Part shown: positions 25,463 to 36,137 of the stretch, in pieces
Numbering within the stretch: the first letter of the stretch is position 1
Layout of the letters: each line of letters starts with the position of its first letter
Source: an uncultured Bacteroidales bacterium
GTDB taxonomy: Bacteria; Bacteroidota; Bacteroidia; Bacteroidales; UBA10428
Assembly: GCA_964521285.1 (NCBI GenBank)
Contig: CAZFQS010000003.1
Location: forward strand, 9,749 to 73,748
Direction of reading: 5' to 3'
Length of the DNA stretch: 64,000 bases
The notes under the pieces: model-generated
Database searches by the model: none
Seen by the model: the letters and a program-made list of their open reading frames with translations, nothing else
Told to the model about the DNA's origin: nothing
Position numbers and translations under genes: made by a program

Positions 25463-26152
25463 TTGAAAATACTAATTGTAGCTGCTTCAAACACTGAAAC
25501 CAAACAGTTAAGTGACAAACTGGAATTTATCCAAAGCATCAATAATAATTATCAATACTATAAATATGGAACATTAGGTATTGATATACTGGTAACAGGA
25601 GTTGGAAGCATATTTACAACTTATTATTTAACAAAAGCACTAAGCGCAAATAATTATGATCTGGCAATAAACATTGGTATAGCCGGTAGTTTCGATTATT
25701 TTCTGGAGCAGGGATTTATAGTGAATGTCATACAGGATCAGTTTGCAGATCTTGGCGTTGAAGAGAATGATAATTTCTATACATTGAGCGAGAAAGAACT
25801 AATGAATGAAAACATTTATCCTTTTAGAAGAGAAATTTTAAAAAATCAGGGGACTTACGATATTGACGAAGTTGATTCCTTAATCCCAGTTAAGTCTATA
25901 ACTGTTAATACACTAATAGGTAGTCTGGAATCTGTTGAGAAGCTTAAAAATAAATTTAAGCCTGAAATTATGACTACCGAGGGTGCCGCTTTTTTTTATG
26001 TATGTTTAATGGAAAATATACCATTCCTTCAATTAAGGGCAATATCAAACTTTGTTGAAATACGTAAGATTGAAAACTGGAATATACCCCTTGCTTTAAA
26101 AAATCTGTCAGATTCAATTTTAACTATTTTTGAAGAATTAAGACTTGATTGA
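25463..26152 (+). CDS. mqnB: futalosine hydrolase (PNP_UDP_1 family)
   Basis: KILIVAAS..., VTGVGSIFTTYYL, AINIGIAGSF and FADLGVEE match the MqnB-type pattern. TTG start as given by the ORF track. Confidence 0.6.
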   Translation: MKILIVAASNTETKQLSDKLEFIQSINNNYQYYKYGTLGIDILVTGVGSIFTTYYLTKALSANNYDLAINIGIAGSFDYFLEQGFIVNVIQDQFADLGVEENDNFYTLSEKELMNENIYPFRREILKNQGTYDIDEVDSLIPVKSITVNTLIGSLESVEKLKNKFKPEIMTTEGAAFFYVCLMENIPFLQLRAISNFVEIRKIENWNIPLALKNLSDSILTIFEELRLD

Positions 26153-26266
26153 TTCTGTTATATACATGTATCTTACAACGCTATTATCAAAATATTAATC
26201 ATTACCTTAATATTTATGATATTTATTCTGGTTTGTAAAGTTATCCGAACAAAGCAAATTTAAATC

Positions 26267-27232
26267 ATGATAATAACAACAGGAGCAGCAGGATTCATCG
26301 GCAGTAACTTCGTTGGTAAGTTAAATAGTGAAGGTATAAAGGATATTGTTATTGTAGATGATTTTTCAAGCAGCCTGAAAAACAGGAATATTGAGAGTAA
26401 GACATTTCTGAATAAAATAGACAGAAATTATTTTTTCGAATGGCTCGATAAAAACTGGCAACAAGTAGATTTTATTATACATATTGGTGCCAGAACTGAT
26501 ACAACGGAATCTGATAAAAGGGTTTTTGATAAACTAAATCTGGGATATTCGAAGCTGGTCTGGAATTGTTGCGTTAAATATAATATACCATTAATTTATG
26601 CATCATCAGCTGCAACATATGGACTGGGTGAAAATGGTTTTGATGATGACCATGAGATAGTAGAAAGGCTAAAACCTTTAAACCTGTATGGTAAATCCAA
26701 GAATGAGTTTGACAAATGGGTACTAAAACAAAAAACTACACCTCCATATTGGGCCGGATTAAAATTTTTCAACGTTTACGGGCCCAATGAATATCATAAG
26801 GGCAGAATGGCTTCGGTAGTTTTTCACGCTTACAATCAAATAGTAAAAACTGGAAAAATAAAATTATTTCGCTCTCATAATACTGATTATAAAGATGGTG
26901 AGCAGAAAAGAGATTTCATTTATGTTAAGGACATAATTGATGTATTGTATTTTTTGATGAAGAACAAAAAAGGTCCCGGAATTTATAATGTAGGTACAGG
27001 TTTAGCACGGACATTTATGGATCTTGCCAAGAATATTTTTAATATAACAGGCAAGGAAAAGAATATAGAATTTATTGATACCCCGGCAGATATACGAGAT
27101 AAGTATCAATATTTTACTGAGGCCAAAATGGACAAACTTAAATCAACAGGATATTCAAAAAAGTTTACATCTATTGAATCCGGAATTAAGGAATACATAA
27201 ATGATTACCTTGCTGATATGAAGTATAACTGA
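26267..27232 (+). CDS. hldD: ADP-L-glycero-D-manno-heptose 6-epimerase
   Basis: MIITTGAAGFIGSN, YASSAATYG, PLNLYGKSK and FFNVYGPNEYHKGRMASV are collinear with E. coli RfaD/HldD. Confidence 0.85.
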   Translation: MIITTGAAGFIGSNFVGKLNSEGIKDIVIVDDFSSSLKNRNIESKTFLNKIDRNYFFEWLDKNWQQVDFIIHIGARTDTTESDKRVFDKLNLGYSKLVWNCCVKYNIPLIYASSAATYGLGENGFDDDHEIVERLKPLNLYGKSKNEFDKWVLKQKTTPPYWAGLKFFNVYGPNEYHKGRMASVVFHAYNQIVKTGKIKLFRSHNTDYKDGEQKRDFIYVKDIIDVLYFLMKNKKGPGIYNVGTGLARTFMDLAKNIFNITGKEKNIEFIDTPADIRDKYQYFTEAKMDKLKSTGYSKKFTSIESGIKEYINDYLADMKYN

Positions 27233-27448
27233 ATGAATGGAGTGGATTGGTGCTTGCATTTGTTTTTTCAAATAGATATTTCATATAACTCTCAATTGTT
27301 TAATTTCTTAAAAGGAGTAAGGTTAAGTAACTTTTTTAGTCCGATTTAACCTTACCCCGGTTCTCACTTTTCAATAAACTTATAAATCAACTGAAAATAT
27401 TTTGAAGGCCAAGTACAGGAATAAGAAAATCAATGATACTTATATTGA

Positions 27449-28165
27449 TCATTTTTTCCTTATAGTTCCCGCGCTTGATGTGCTCATATGTTTGATCCTG
27501 GGATCACCCTTATAAACAATATTACCCGCACTACTCGAGCTAAAACTGGCTTCTTCGGTTATAAATACGTTTGCATCTCCGGCACTTGAAACAGAAACAT
27601 CCCCAACCTTAGCTTCCAGATCAAAAGCATTTAAATCTCCGGCGCTGCTTAAATTTGCCTTAAGGTAATCGGTTTTGCCACTCAGATTAGCATCTCCTGA
27701 ACTACTTATGTCAATGTAAATCTTCTGTGCTATAACATCAAGTTTTAAATCGCCGGAACTGCTTATTCCTATTTCCAATTCATCAGTATTCAGAGTATTT
27801 TCTCCCTTAATGTCACCTGCACTGGAAATCTTTATTTTGTTGAGATTTACATATTCTACATATACCTTCTTTGATGCTGCCTTGCCAATATTTTTAGCTG
27901 CATAAATTTTTAATACATTATCTTTTACTTCGGTTTTCACAACGTCCAATAAATTCTCATCAGTGATTACTTTCACAAGTTCTTCATTACCCTGGGTAAT
28001 ATATACATCTACACCTGCAGAAACAGATATTCCATTAAAGCTTGGAACATCCCGTTCCTCTGTAACAACATCACCGTTACCTGAGATACTTTCGGGCATT
28101 TCCCAATAGCATCCGCTTGTTATAAAGAAAGGTAACAGAATTAAAGATAGTCTTAGAGTTTTCAT
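27449..28165 (-). CDS. DUF2807 (head GIN domain) lipoprotein
   Basis: Lipobox TSGC. Repeated SSAGD/SSSGD beta-helix-like units. Confidence 0.6.
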   Translation of the reverse strand: MKTLRLSLILLPFFITSGCYWEMPESISGNGDVVTEERDVPSFNGISVSAGVDVYITQGNEELVKVITDENLLDVVKTEVKDNVLKIYAAKNIGKAASKKVYVEYVNLNKIKISSAGDIKGENTLNTDELEIGISSSGDLKLDVIAQKIYIDISSSGDANLSGKTDYLKANLSSAGDLNAFDLEAKVGDVSVSSAGDANVFITEEASFSSSSAGNIVYKGDPRIKHMSTSSAGTIRKK

Positions 28166-28182
28166 GATTTTTTAGTTTAATA

Positions 28183-29076
28183 TTAAATAAATATGCCTTC
28201 CTTAAATCCTATTTTTACAAGGTCAATCTTTTTCGGATCGGCAATACCCAGATGGTGCCTTGTGTCTGCCAGGTAGATGTGTTTGGCAGGGGGATTAAGA
28301 GGTTTATCCTCTCCGAAAAATTCTTTCCTTTTTGCCTGAATTATCTGAAGACCTACCGAATCGGCTGCCACAGGATCTAAACTTACAATTAGTCCTTTGT
28401 ATGGCCATATATAATTTTTATTAAAATGATGAGGTCCAACACCATGGAAGAGCGGGGTAAGCATAACAAGAATATTTAATCTTGTTTTTCCCTTAACAAT
28501 TGGCAATTCATAAAGTTTCGCAAGATCAGCACATGAATCGGGATGATAGGAAGAGGGTATGTTAGTAAACATTATATTGTTTTTTATTAGACTGCCTACA
28601 CCTGACCAGGCATGGGTTCTCATAGGCCTTACATTAATAAGCGCAGTTGATTTTTGAAATACAGGATCGCTCAAGACACCCCGGTCTCTGATACTTATAT
28701 TTTTTTCACTGACACCTGCTTCCATAACTCTTTTCTTTATTGCATTTTCAAGAACAGCAGGAGTTGGTAAATAGCTCCAGACATTTGACTTTATACCAAC
28801 AATGTCACCTGGTTTAACAATCTTCTTCCATGCAGCCTTAATATCTGATGCTCCGGTTAAATTTAAAACTGCCCTGTCAAACATTTTCTGCAATATTTCC
28901 GGTTTCGGATTACCTTCACTGTCCAGTACATTCTCATCCCTTATTAATACAACCCTGGTTTTTGTCTCACCCTGACCGAATAAATTCAGAGGCGAGTTTA
29001 ATAACAATGCACTCCCGATACCCGCTTTTGTAGCATCTTTTATTATTTGTCGCCGGGTTAATAATTTTTTTGTCAT
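28183..29076 (-). CDS. DUF362-like protein with twin-arginine signal
   Basis: TRRQIIKDATKAGIGSALLL Tat-type leader. Core GIKSNVW...MRTHAW...DPVAADSVG resembles DUF362. Confidence 0.5.
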   Translation of the reverse strand: MTKKLLTRRQIIKDATKAGIGSALLLNSPLNLFGQGETKTRVVLIRDENVLDSEGNPKPEILQKMFDRAVLNLTGASDIKAAWKKIVKPGDIVGIKSNVWSYLPTPAVLENAIKKRVMEAGVSEKNISIRDRGVLSDPVFQKSTALINVRPMRTHAWSGVGSLIKNNIMFTNIPSSYHPDSCADLAKLYELPIVKGKTRLNILVMLTPLFHGVGPHHFNKNYIWPYKGLIVSLDPVAADSVGLQIIQAKRKEFFGEDKPLNPPAKHIYLADTRHHLGIADPKKIDLVKIGFKEGIFI

Positions 29077-29094
29077 TTTATTTTAGTTAGTATT

Positions 29095-30042
29095 TTATTT
29101 ATCAATATTGACTTTCTTATAATTTAACTCTAGATCTGACATAAGAAGGAAGATGGATTCTTTTGTACTCCCGTTAAAAAGGCCGTAAAAAGTATTATCC
29201 ATTAAATTTATTGACATCCATGTTTGATCTTCAAGCTGTGTTATTTCTTTAAATTCACCTTCAGGAAAATAGTCTTCTCTAAAATTATTATAGGCTTTAC
29301 CGGCAGTTTCGCTATTATTATATTGAATTATAAGCAAATAAATTCTGTTATCAGGCGGTCCGTATTTTGCAAGCACTGCATCTGTATTATCGTCTATTAA
29401 CAGAAAATTTTCATCGGCAATAAAATAAAATGAATTTACCCAAATATAATGATGAAAATATAATACACTTGACCTGTCCAGTCCGTTTACAGGCAGCAAC
29501 TTTAATATATCAGGCTTTTCACCCTTCTCTTTAATTTCTTCAGTAATTATCTTTCCCAATTCATAAATCAGTTTCTTTGCCTCACCTGTTTCTTCTTTTG
29601 CCATTATAGAAACATAATATTTACTTTTCCAGAAAAATAAAGTACCTTCAACATATTGAGAGCCCTGGCCAAAGGTATAGTCTTCTTCATATCTTGTATT
29701 GGAAAATACCCCGTAGGCATTTTCAGATGTATTCATATCAAAAATCTCGACAACTACTTCCGGTTGGCCAGTCTTTATATACTTTCTGCTTGCAGCAGAT
29801 TTAAAACCATAAGATATATACAATTCAGCTCCCCCATCTATATAATCATATAAGCTTTCCTTATCATTGAAATATACTGTGCTCTCAGCAGTCCATTCAC
29901 TCAGCGAATCAGGAAGTTTTTGATAAATGTTAGTTTTTGAATGTCGCATACTTAGAAGCATTAGAACAAAAAATAGATTAATTACTATTAATTGATCATA
30001 TAAAAATTTCCGGCATTTATGATAATTCATATTCTTAAACAT
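29095..30042 (-). CDS. membrane-anchored hypothetical protein
   Basis: 315 aa with a single N-terminal TM segment. The conserved-looking YDYIDGGAELYISYGF could not be assigned a family with confidence. Confidence 0.5.
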   Translation of the reverse strand: MFKNMNYHKCRKFLYDQLIVINLFFVLMLLSMRHSKTNIYQKLPDSLSEWTAESTVYFNDKESLYDYIDGGAELYISYGFKSAASRKYIKTGQPEVVVEIFDMNTSENAYGVFSNTRYEEDYTFGQGSQYVEGTLFFWKSKYYVSIMAKEETGEAKKLIYELGKIITEEIKEKGEKPDILKLLPVNGLDRSSVLYFHHYIWVNSFYFIADENFLLIDDNTDAVLAKYGPPDNRIYLLIIQYNNSETAGKAYNNFREDYFPEGEFKEITQLEDQTWMSINLMDNTFYGLFNGSTKESIFLLMSDLELNYKKVNIDK

Positions 30043-30079
30043 TGAAACAAATATACTTAATTCTATTGTTAATTTTTTT

Positions 30080-31438
30080 TCAGAATTCCAGTGTAAAAAT
30101 TGTCTCTTTTTCAGGGACAGACTTTACTCTTATTCTCCCGCTGTGTAATCTCATGATTTCGCGTGACAGGCTGAGGCCTATACCTGAGCCTTTCCTTTTT
30201 GTGGTAAAAAAAGGTATGAATATCTTGTCTATATTCTCATCACTTATACCATTTCCGTTATCTATTACCTGAATTATAGGACTCTTATCTGAAAAATAAT
30301 AAGCCTTCAGGATTATCTTTCTGTCTTCAATAGAATCAAATGCCTGTATTGAATTATTTATTAGATTTATCAGAATCTGCTCAATTAATTTTTTGTCTGC
30401 TATAATTGTTAATGAGGTTGGAATTACCTGAATTTCAAGTGCAATTTTATTTTTATGTAATTCCTTTGCCATAAGTAATTTTATACTCTCAAATAATTCA
30501 TTAATTGAAAATTGTTTGAAAACAGGTTTTGGCAAAAGAGTAAGGCTCCTGAATTTTTCTACAAAGTCAACCAGCCCGTCACTTCTTTCTTCTATAATAC
30601 TTAATCCCTTTACAGAGTCATCTATTAACTCCTGCTCAATATTATTTACTGATTTTGTTTTTTTATTATCACTATCAGTTAAAAAACCTTTAATAGTCTT
30701 TATAGTAGACGATATCGGACTAATTGAGTTCATGATTTCATGTGTAAGTATTCTGATTAATTTTTGCCATGATTCAAGTTCCTTTTCTTCCAGTTCATTT
30801 TTTATGTTTTGAAAAGAAATTAATTTAATTTTCCTTTCTTCCATTTTAAAAACACTTGCTTTAACAGCAAGCTGAAGTAATTCATCCTCAGTTCTTATTT
30901 TAATAAGCTTTTGTTCACCTGGGTTCAGTTCTCTTAATAATACCGGTAATGATTTGCTGATTTTTTCCAGTCTGCTTAATTTTTTTGCACCGGATATTTT
31001 AATAAGATTCCTGGTGGCACTGTTTAAAATATCAATATTATCATCATCGTCAAATGAGAGTAATCCAACACCAACATGATCAACTATATTCTGTAAATAT
31101 TGATTTCTCGTGACACTCTCGATTTTCAACTTGCGTATTCTATTATTAATATCATCAAAACTCTTGTATAAGTACCTGAAATTCTTATCAGGGGCCATCC
31201 GCTGGTATATTATTGAAGAATCATCATTTTGCACTGCAGCAAAAAAGCTTGTCAAATCTCTGTTTGTCTTGTTCAGTTTATAAATAATCAGATATACCTG
31301 CAATACAATAAGCAAAAAGATATTAATAAGAATTAAAATATCTTTTAAGGAGAAGTAAATAAATGAGAAAGCAAAACATGTGGCTGTAAGTAATATAACA
31401 CGAATAATTATATTATTGTAAAGATTTTTGTAGATCAT
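30080..31438 (-). CDS. sensor histidine kinase with two adjacent N-terminal TM helices and no periplasmic domain
   Basis: H-box LTHEIMNSISPI, N-box NLINNSIQA, G-boxes DNGNGI and GSGIGLSL. Confidence 0.85.
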   Translation of the reverse strand: MIYKNLYNNIIIRVILLTATCFAFSFIYFSLKDILILINIFLLIVLQVYLIIYKLNKTNRDLTSFFAAVQNDDSSIIYQRMAPDKNFRYLYKSFDDINNRIRKLKIESVTRNQYLQNIVDHVGVGLLSFDDDDNIDILNSATRNLIKISGAKKLSRLEKISKSLPVLLRELNPGEQKLIKIRTEDELLQLAVKASVFKMEERKIKLISFQNIKNELEEKELESWQKLIRILTHEIMNSISPISSTIKTIKGFLTDSDNKKTKSVNNIEQELIDDSVKGLSIIEERSDGLVDFVEKFRSLTLLPKPVFKQFSINELFESIKLLMAKELHKNKIALEIQVIPTSLTIIADKKLIEQILINLINNSIQAFDSIEDRKIILKAYYFSDKSPIIQVIDNGNGISDENIDKIFIPFFTTKRKGSGIGLSLSREIMRLHSGRIRVKSVPEKETIFTLEF

Positions 31439-31495
31439 TGTTTTTAATTTTGAATGTTGAATTTTGATTTGTACTATTGATGATCATTCTAAATT

Positions 31496-32869
31496 CTATA
31501 ATCCAAACTTCTCTATCTTTCTGTATAATGTCTGACGACCTATTCCAAGTTCTTTAGCTGCTTCACTTATATTCCAGTTGTTATTTAATAATGCATTATT
31601 AATAATAAATTTTTCACCCTCTTCGAGGCTTATACTTTTGTTTAGATCTGTTCGTATATCACTTTCTGTGGCAAACGAGAAATCCTGGGGAGTAAGAATA
31701 TCAGATTCACATAATATGACAGCTTTCTCAATGGTATGTCTTAATTCTCTTATATTTCCCGGCCATGAATGTCTTTTTAGTTTTTCCAGTGCACTGGATG
31801 TAAATTTGAGAGGCAACCGGTCATATTTACCGGCAAATTGACTGAGATAAAACTCTGAAATAAGAATTATATCATTTTCACGGTCTCTTAAAGGTGGTAT
31901 ATTAATCTGTACTGTATTTAACCTGTAAAACAGGTCCTCTCTAAAGAGACTATCTGTTACCATTAATGGCAAATCCTTGTTTGTTGCACTTATAATTCTT
32001 ATGTCTACAGGTATTTCCTTGTTCGTACCCAGAGGTGTTATTTTCTTTTGTTCTATTGCTGAGAGGAGTTTTGCCTGTAAAGAAAAATTTAGATTTCCAA
32101 TCTCATCTAAAAATAATGTGCCACCGGACGCTGCTTCAAATCTACCGATACGATCTTCTCCCGCATCTGTAAACGCGCCTTTAATGTGGCCAAAGAGTTC
32201 ACTTTCAAAAAGTGTCTCGGTTAAGGCGCCAAGATCCACACTCATAAAGTCTTTCTGGCTTCTTTTTGATTGACGGTGAATTTCACGGGCTATAAGCTCC
32301 TTACCTGTGCCATTCTCTCCCATCAGTAAAATATTTGCCTCGGTTTTCGCTACTTTGGTGATGGTTTGATAAAGGTCTTGCATTACCTCTGATTCCCCTA
32401 TAATCTGACCATAATTTCTGTTTATGTCTTCATTGATCTGTTTTTGCTTTAATTTCAGTTTCCTTATTTCCTTGTTTGACAACCGTAGCTTTAACGATGC
32501 CTGAAGCGTTGCCAGTAGTTTCTGGTTATCCCATGGTTTTGTAATAAAATCAGTCGCTCCCTCTTTTATTGCTTTAACCGCCAGTTCAATATCACCATAA
32601 GCAGTAATCATAATTACAACAACAGCAGGATCTTGTTTTAATATCTTCCTAAGCCAGTATATTCCTTCATTGCCGGTATTAATACCTGCTGTAAAATTCA
32701 TATCAAGCATTATTATATCTATATCTTCAGTGGACAGGAGAAAGGGTATCTGGTTAGGTGAGTTAAGTGTTCTAATTGATTTGAAGTAATGCTTAAGATA
32801 TAATTCAAGTGACTTCAAAACACTTGCACTGTCATCCACAATTAGAATATTTCCTGCTTTTTCTTTCAT
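31496..32869 (-). CDS. sigma-54-dependent response regulator (NtrC family: REC + AAA+ + Fis HTH)
   Basis: REC domain DIIMLDMNF. GENGTGKE Walker A, ESELFGHIKGAFTDA (GAFTGA-like loop). C-terminal QTLYRKIEKFG HTH. Confidence 0.9.
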   Translation of the reverse strand: MKEKAGNILIVDDSASVLKSLELYLKHYFKSIRTLNSPNQIPFLLSTEDIDIIMLDMNFTAGINTGNEGIYWLRKILKQDPAVVVIMITAYGDIELAVKAIKEGATDFITKPWDNQKLLATLQASLKLRLSNKEIRKLKLKQKQINEDINRNYGQIIGESEVMQDLYQTITKVAKTEANILLMGENGTGKELIAREIHRQSKRSQKDFMSVDLGALTETLFESELFGHIKGAFTDAGEDRIGRFEAASGGTLFLDEIGNLNFSLQAKLLSAIEQKKITPLGTNKEIPVDIRIISATNKDLPLMVTDSLFREDLFYRLNTVQINIPPLRDRENDIILISEFYLSQFAGKYDRLPLKFTSSALEKLKRHSWPGNIRELRHTIEKAVILCESDILTPQDFSFATESDIRTDLNKSISLEEGEKFIINNALLNNNWNISEAAKELGIGRQTLYRKIEKFGL

Positions 32870-32901
32870 GTTTTGTATTTCTAAACTCTAAGTTAGCAAA
32901 T

Positions 32902-32940
32902 TGTACTATTATAGCACATTAATTGTATGATTATGGGACA
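32902..32940 (+). promoter_or_regulatory. two TGT-N11-ACA dyads (candidate enhancer-binding-protein sites) 22 bp apart
   Basis: TGTACTATTATAGCACA at 32902-32918 (14/17 palindromic) and TGTATGATTATGGGACA at 32924-32940. About 90 nt upstream of the TGGCAC element. Confidence 0.3.
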
Positions 32941-33004
32941 TACTTTATGGATATTAAAGCCTCTAGTTGTTGTAATGTGCAGTATATTAATATTATAGAT
33001 ATTC

Positions 33005-33019
33005 TGGCACACATAATGT
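33005..33019 (+). promoter_or_regulatory. candidate sigma-54 (-24/-12) promoter TGGCAC-N5-ATGT upstream of the ABC ATPase gene
   Basis: Perfect -24 TGGCAC at 33005-33010. The -12 element is imperfect (TGT instead of TGC) but correctly spaced. Lies 52-66 nt upstream of the ATG at 33071, next to a sigma-54 activator gene. Confidence 0.4.
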
Positions 33020-33070
33020 AAAAGACTTCCTAATAATTACTTTGAAAATTTTAACATAAATATCCATATC

Positions 33071-33748
33071 ATGATAAGAACAGAAAAGCTAAAAAAAGTA
33101 TTCAGGACTGATGAAGTTGAAACAACAGCATTAAACAATGTAGATCTGGAAGTTACCCAGGGAGAATTTTTAGCTGTTATGGGCCCCTCAGGTTGCGGAA
33201 AATCTACTCTACTGAACATATTAGGTCTTTTAGACAATCCGACAGATGGTAGATACTGGTTTAATGGAGCCGAGGTGTCAAAACACAGGGAGCGCCAGAG
33301 AACCAACTTTCGGAAAGGAAATATAGGCTTCGTCTTTCAGAGTTTTAATTTAATTGATGAGCTTAATGTATACGAAAATGTTGAATTACCACTTTTATAC
33401 CTGAAGATACGAGCTTCTGAAAGAAAAAGCAAAGTAAATGAAATACTGGACCGCATGCAGATCTCACATCGTAAAAAACATTTCCCCCAGCAGCTTTCAG
33501 GCGGACAGCAACAGAGAGTGGCAGTAGCAAGGGCTGTTGTTACTAATCCTAAACTTATTCTTGCTGATGAGCCAACAGGAAACCTTGATTCGAAGAACGG
33601 GGAAGAAGTCTTACATTTGCTTGAGGAACTAAACAGGGAAGGTACTACTATAATCATGGTGACACACTCCCCATCTTATGCAGAAAGAGCCACCAGAGTC
33701 GTACATTTGTTTGACGGGCACATAATAACTGAAAACATAAAAGTTTAA
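33071..33748 (+). CDS. ABC transporter ATP-binding protein (MacB/LolD-type)
   Basis: GPSGCGKST Walker A, LSGGQQQRVAVARA signature, ILADEPTGNLD Walker B. Confidence 0.9.
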   Translation: MIRTEKLKKVFRTDEVETTALNNVDLEVTQGEFLAVMGPSGCGKSTLLNILGLLDNPTDGRYWFNGAEVSKHRERQRTNFRKGNIGFVFQSFNLIDELNVYENVELPLLYLKIRASERKSKVNEILDRMQISHRKKHFPQQLSGGQQQRVAVARAVVTNPKLILADEPTGNLDSKNGEEVLHLLEELNREGTTIIMVTHSPSYAERATRVVHLFDGHIITENIKV

Positions 33749-33812
33749 AAAGGGTACAGCGCCCCTGGATGATTAAAGATTAACAATTTACGATCAGCGA
33801 TTTACAAATACA

Positions 33813-36137
33813 ATGTTTTTTAATTACATAATTGTTGCATGGCGAAACCTGTTAAAGAACAGGATGGTATCTTTAATTAATATCCTGGGCCTTACACTGG
33901 GACTTGCCTCAGCAGTACTGGCATTACTTTATGCACGCCACGAACTTACATTTGAAAACTGCCACGAAAAGGCAGATCGCATTGCCAAGGTGTATATTTC
34001 AACCGAAATGGAGGAATTGCAAACGATACCCACTTCTTTTGGCCCCGAAGGTGAAGCTCTCAAAAAAATGTTTCCCGAGATAGAAATGTACTCAATATCA
34101 TTTGTTTTCAGCGGAATCGTGAGGGTCGGAGAAAACTTCTTTAATGAACACAACCTGGTTATGGCAGATTCTGCTTTTTTCTCTGTATTCACTGTCCCTT
34201 TTATTGAGGGCACTTTTACTACCGATCCCCAGTCGGTAGTCCTGTCAGAAAAGGCATCCCAGCGTTATTTCGGAAAAGACAGTCCGCTTGGAAAAAATGT
34301 TACTATAACCTTACACGGACAGAAGATTGACTTCCTCGTAACAGGCCTATACAAAGACTTCCCGTCAAACACTCATCTTCAGGCTGAATTCATTATTCCC
34401 TTCACACTGGCGAAAAGGTTCGAATTCCTGAGATATACGGAATATGAATCAAATAATTATCATAATTACGTGTTGCTGCAACCAGGTACGGATATTAAAA
34501 GCCTGAACAAAAAAATATCGGACTCTTTCGAAATACCGATTGACCTTAATAATATATCGGCGTTCCTGATGCCTATAAGGGAAATTCATTTCAGGGGTAC
34601 CTTTGAAAATAACAAGGGAAAGCTGATGGTGTTCCTTATTGGAGGATTCTTTATGCTTATTACTTCCTGCATTAATTATATAAACCTTACCAATATACTC
34701 TTTTCTACACGCAGCAAGGAAACAGGAATCCGCAAAGTTAACGGCGGCAGGAGAAACAATATTATTAAACAGTTCCTGACCGACACTACTCTTTCGGCAC
34801 TGATTGGTTTTAACCTGGCAATTATAATACTGAGACTTATCCTTCCATGGTTTAATGCAATTATGGACACGCATTTAAGCCTTGTTCCCGACTGGCAGTT
34901 TTTAGTCCTTTTGTTAATCCTTTTTATCTTTACTGTTTTAGTATCCGGACTTTACCCTGCACTCAGGTATTCATCACTGAAACCTGTGAACCTGATGAGC
35001 TCAAATATATCCCAGGCAAAGGGTAAAAGCCCTTCAAGATGGATACTGACCACCTTCCAGTTTTTTCTTGCGGTTATTTTTATCCAGGTTATGATGGTTA
35101 TGACCAAACAGAATAAATATATTTTTAGTGAAGAGGCAAAAAAGTATGACGAGGCCAATGTTATATGCATACCCGGAGATCCGTGGGGAGATTTGAAGAA
35201 GGTTAAACAGGAGCTTTTAAAAAATCCTGCTATCGAGGTTGTATCCTGGGGTTCTTCTATTCCATCCATGGGCTTTAACGGTACTTATGAGTGGAAAGAT
35301 GAACAGAACAAGGAATTAGCTGTTTTCAACTCATTCGGACTGGACTATCCTGAAGTATACAGGATCAAAATGCTGAGCGGACGTTACTTCTCCGGTGAAT
35401 TTACGGCTGACACAAATAACAGTATAGTAATCAACCAGGTTGCTGCCAATGTGCTGGGATTTGCTGACCCTGTTAATAAAATGATGTTTGCTTTTGGAAG
35501 GCAATATAAAATTATCGGAATTATAGATAATTATATGGCGATACCTCCTGTTTTTGAAAATATGCCATTGTTAATTACCCAAAGCAGGGATCAAAATAAT
35601 TATCTTGTAATGCGTATAAATCCTGTAAATCGTGAAGCCACGCATGAATACATAATGAATACACTGCATGAATTTAATCCTGATCACCCTGTTGAAGTTA
35701 AATATCATATTGATATCCTGCTCGAACAAAAAGAATCCAAATCATACATAACGGCAGGTAAACTTATGACTCTGTTTTTTATTCTTACGATCATCACTTC
35801 TTTAGTTGGACTGTTCGGCCTTTCTGTATTTATTGCCGAAAGAAACCGTAAAGAAGTAGGAATAAGAAAAGCCTGCGGAGCATCTGCCCTGAATATTATT
35901 TTTAAGCTGTCAAAGGGATTACTAATTCAGATATTAATTGTACTGGGAATTGCCACACCCCTTTCTTTCTTTTTTACCAAAGGCTATCTGGCAATTTATC
36001 CAAATCATTTCGAGCCGGGGATATTCTTTTATCTTTTCGGGGGTACATTAGGGTCACTGGTATTAATACTAACGGTAAGCTGGCAGACATGGCGGGCAGC
36101 CAACAGGAATCCCGTCGAGGAACTCAGGTATGAATAA
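33813..36137 (+). CDS. FtsX/MacB-family ABC permease with duplicated module (~774 aa)
   Basis: N-terminal TM, large extracytoplasmic domain, FtsX-like TM bundle (KETGIRKVNGG). A second extracytoplasmic domain and a second FtsX bundle (KEVGIRKACGAS). Confidence 0.85.
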   Translation: MFFNYIIVAWRNLLKNRMVSLINILGLTLGLASAVLALLYARHELTFENCHEKADRIAKVYISTEMEELQTIPTSFGPEGEALKKMFPEIEMYSISFVFSGIVRVGENFFNEHNLVMADSAFFSVFTVPFIEGTFTTDPQSVVLSEKASQRYFGKDSPLGKNVTITLHGQKIDFLVTGLYKDFPSNTHLQAEFIIPFTLAKRFEFLRYTEYESNNYHNYVLLQPGTDIKSLNKKISDSFEIPIDLNNISAFLMPIREIHFRGTFENNKGKLMVFLIGGFFMLITSCINYINLTNILFSTRSKETGIRKVNGGRRNNIIKQFLTDTTLSALIGFNLAIIILRLILPWFNAIMDTHLSLVPDWQFLVLLLILFIFTVLVSGLYPALRYSSLKPVNLMSSNISQAKGKSPSRWILTTFQFFLAVIFIQVMMVMTKQNKYIFSEEAKKYDEANVICIPGDPWGDLKKVKQELLKNPAIEVVSWGSSIPSMGFNGTYEWKDEQNKELAVFNSFGLDYPEVYRIKMLSGRYFSGEFTADTNNSIVINQVAANVLGFADPVNKMMFAFGRQYKIIGIIDNYMAIPPVFENMPLLITQSRDQNNYLVMRINPVNREATHEYIMNTLHEFNPDHPVEVKYHIDILLEQKESKSYITAGKLMTLFFILTIITSLVGLFGLSVFIAERNRKEVGIRKACGASALNIIFKLSKGLLIQILIVLGIATPLSFFFTKGYLAIYPNHFEPGIFFYLFGGTLGSLVLILTVSWQTWRAANRNPVEELRYE

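Noticed and set aside
33037-33657. Minus-strand ORFs 33037-33306 and 33337-33657 opposite the ABC ATPase gene, and 62771-63280 opposite the acyl-CoA ligase gene
   Set aside because: These are antisense shadow ORFs within genes that have unambiguous Walker, signature or AMP-binding motifs.
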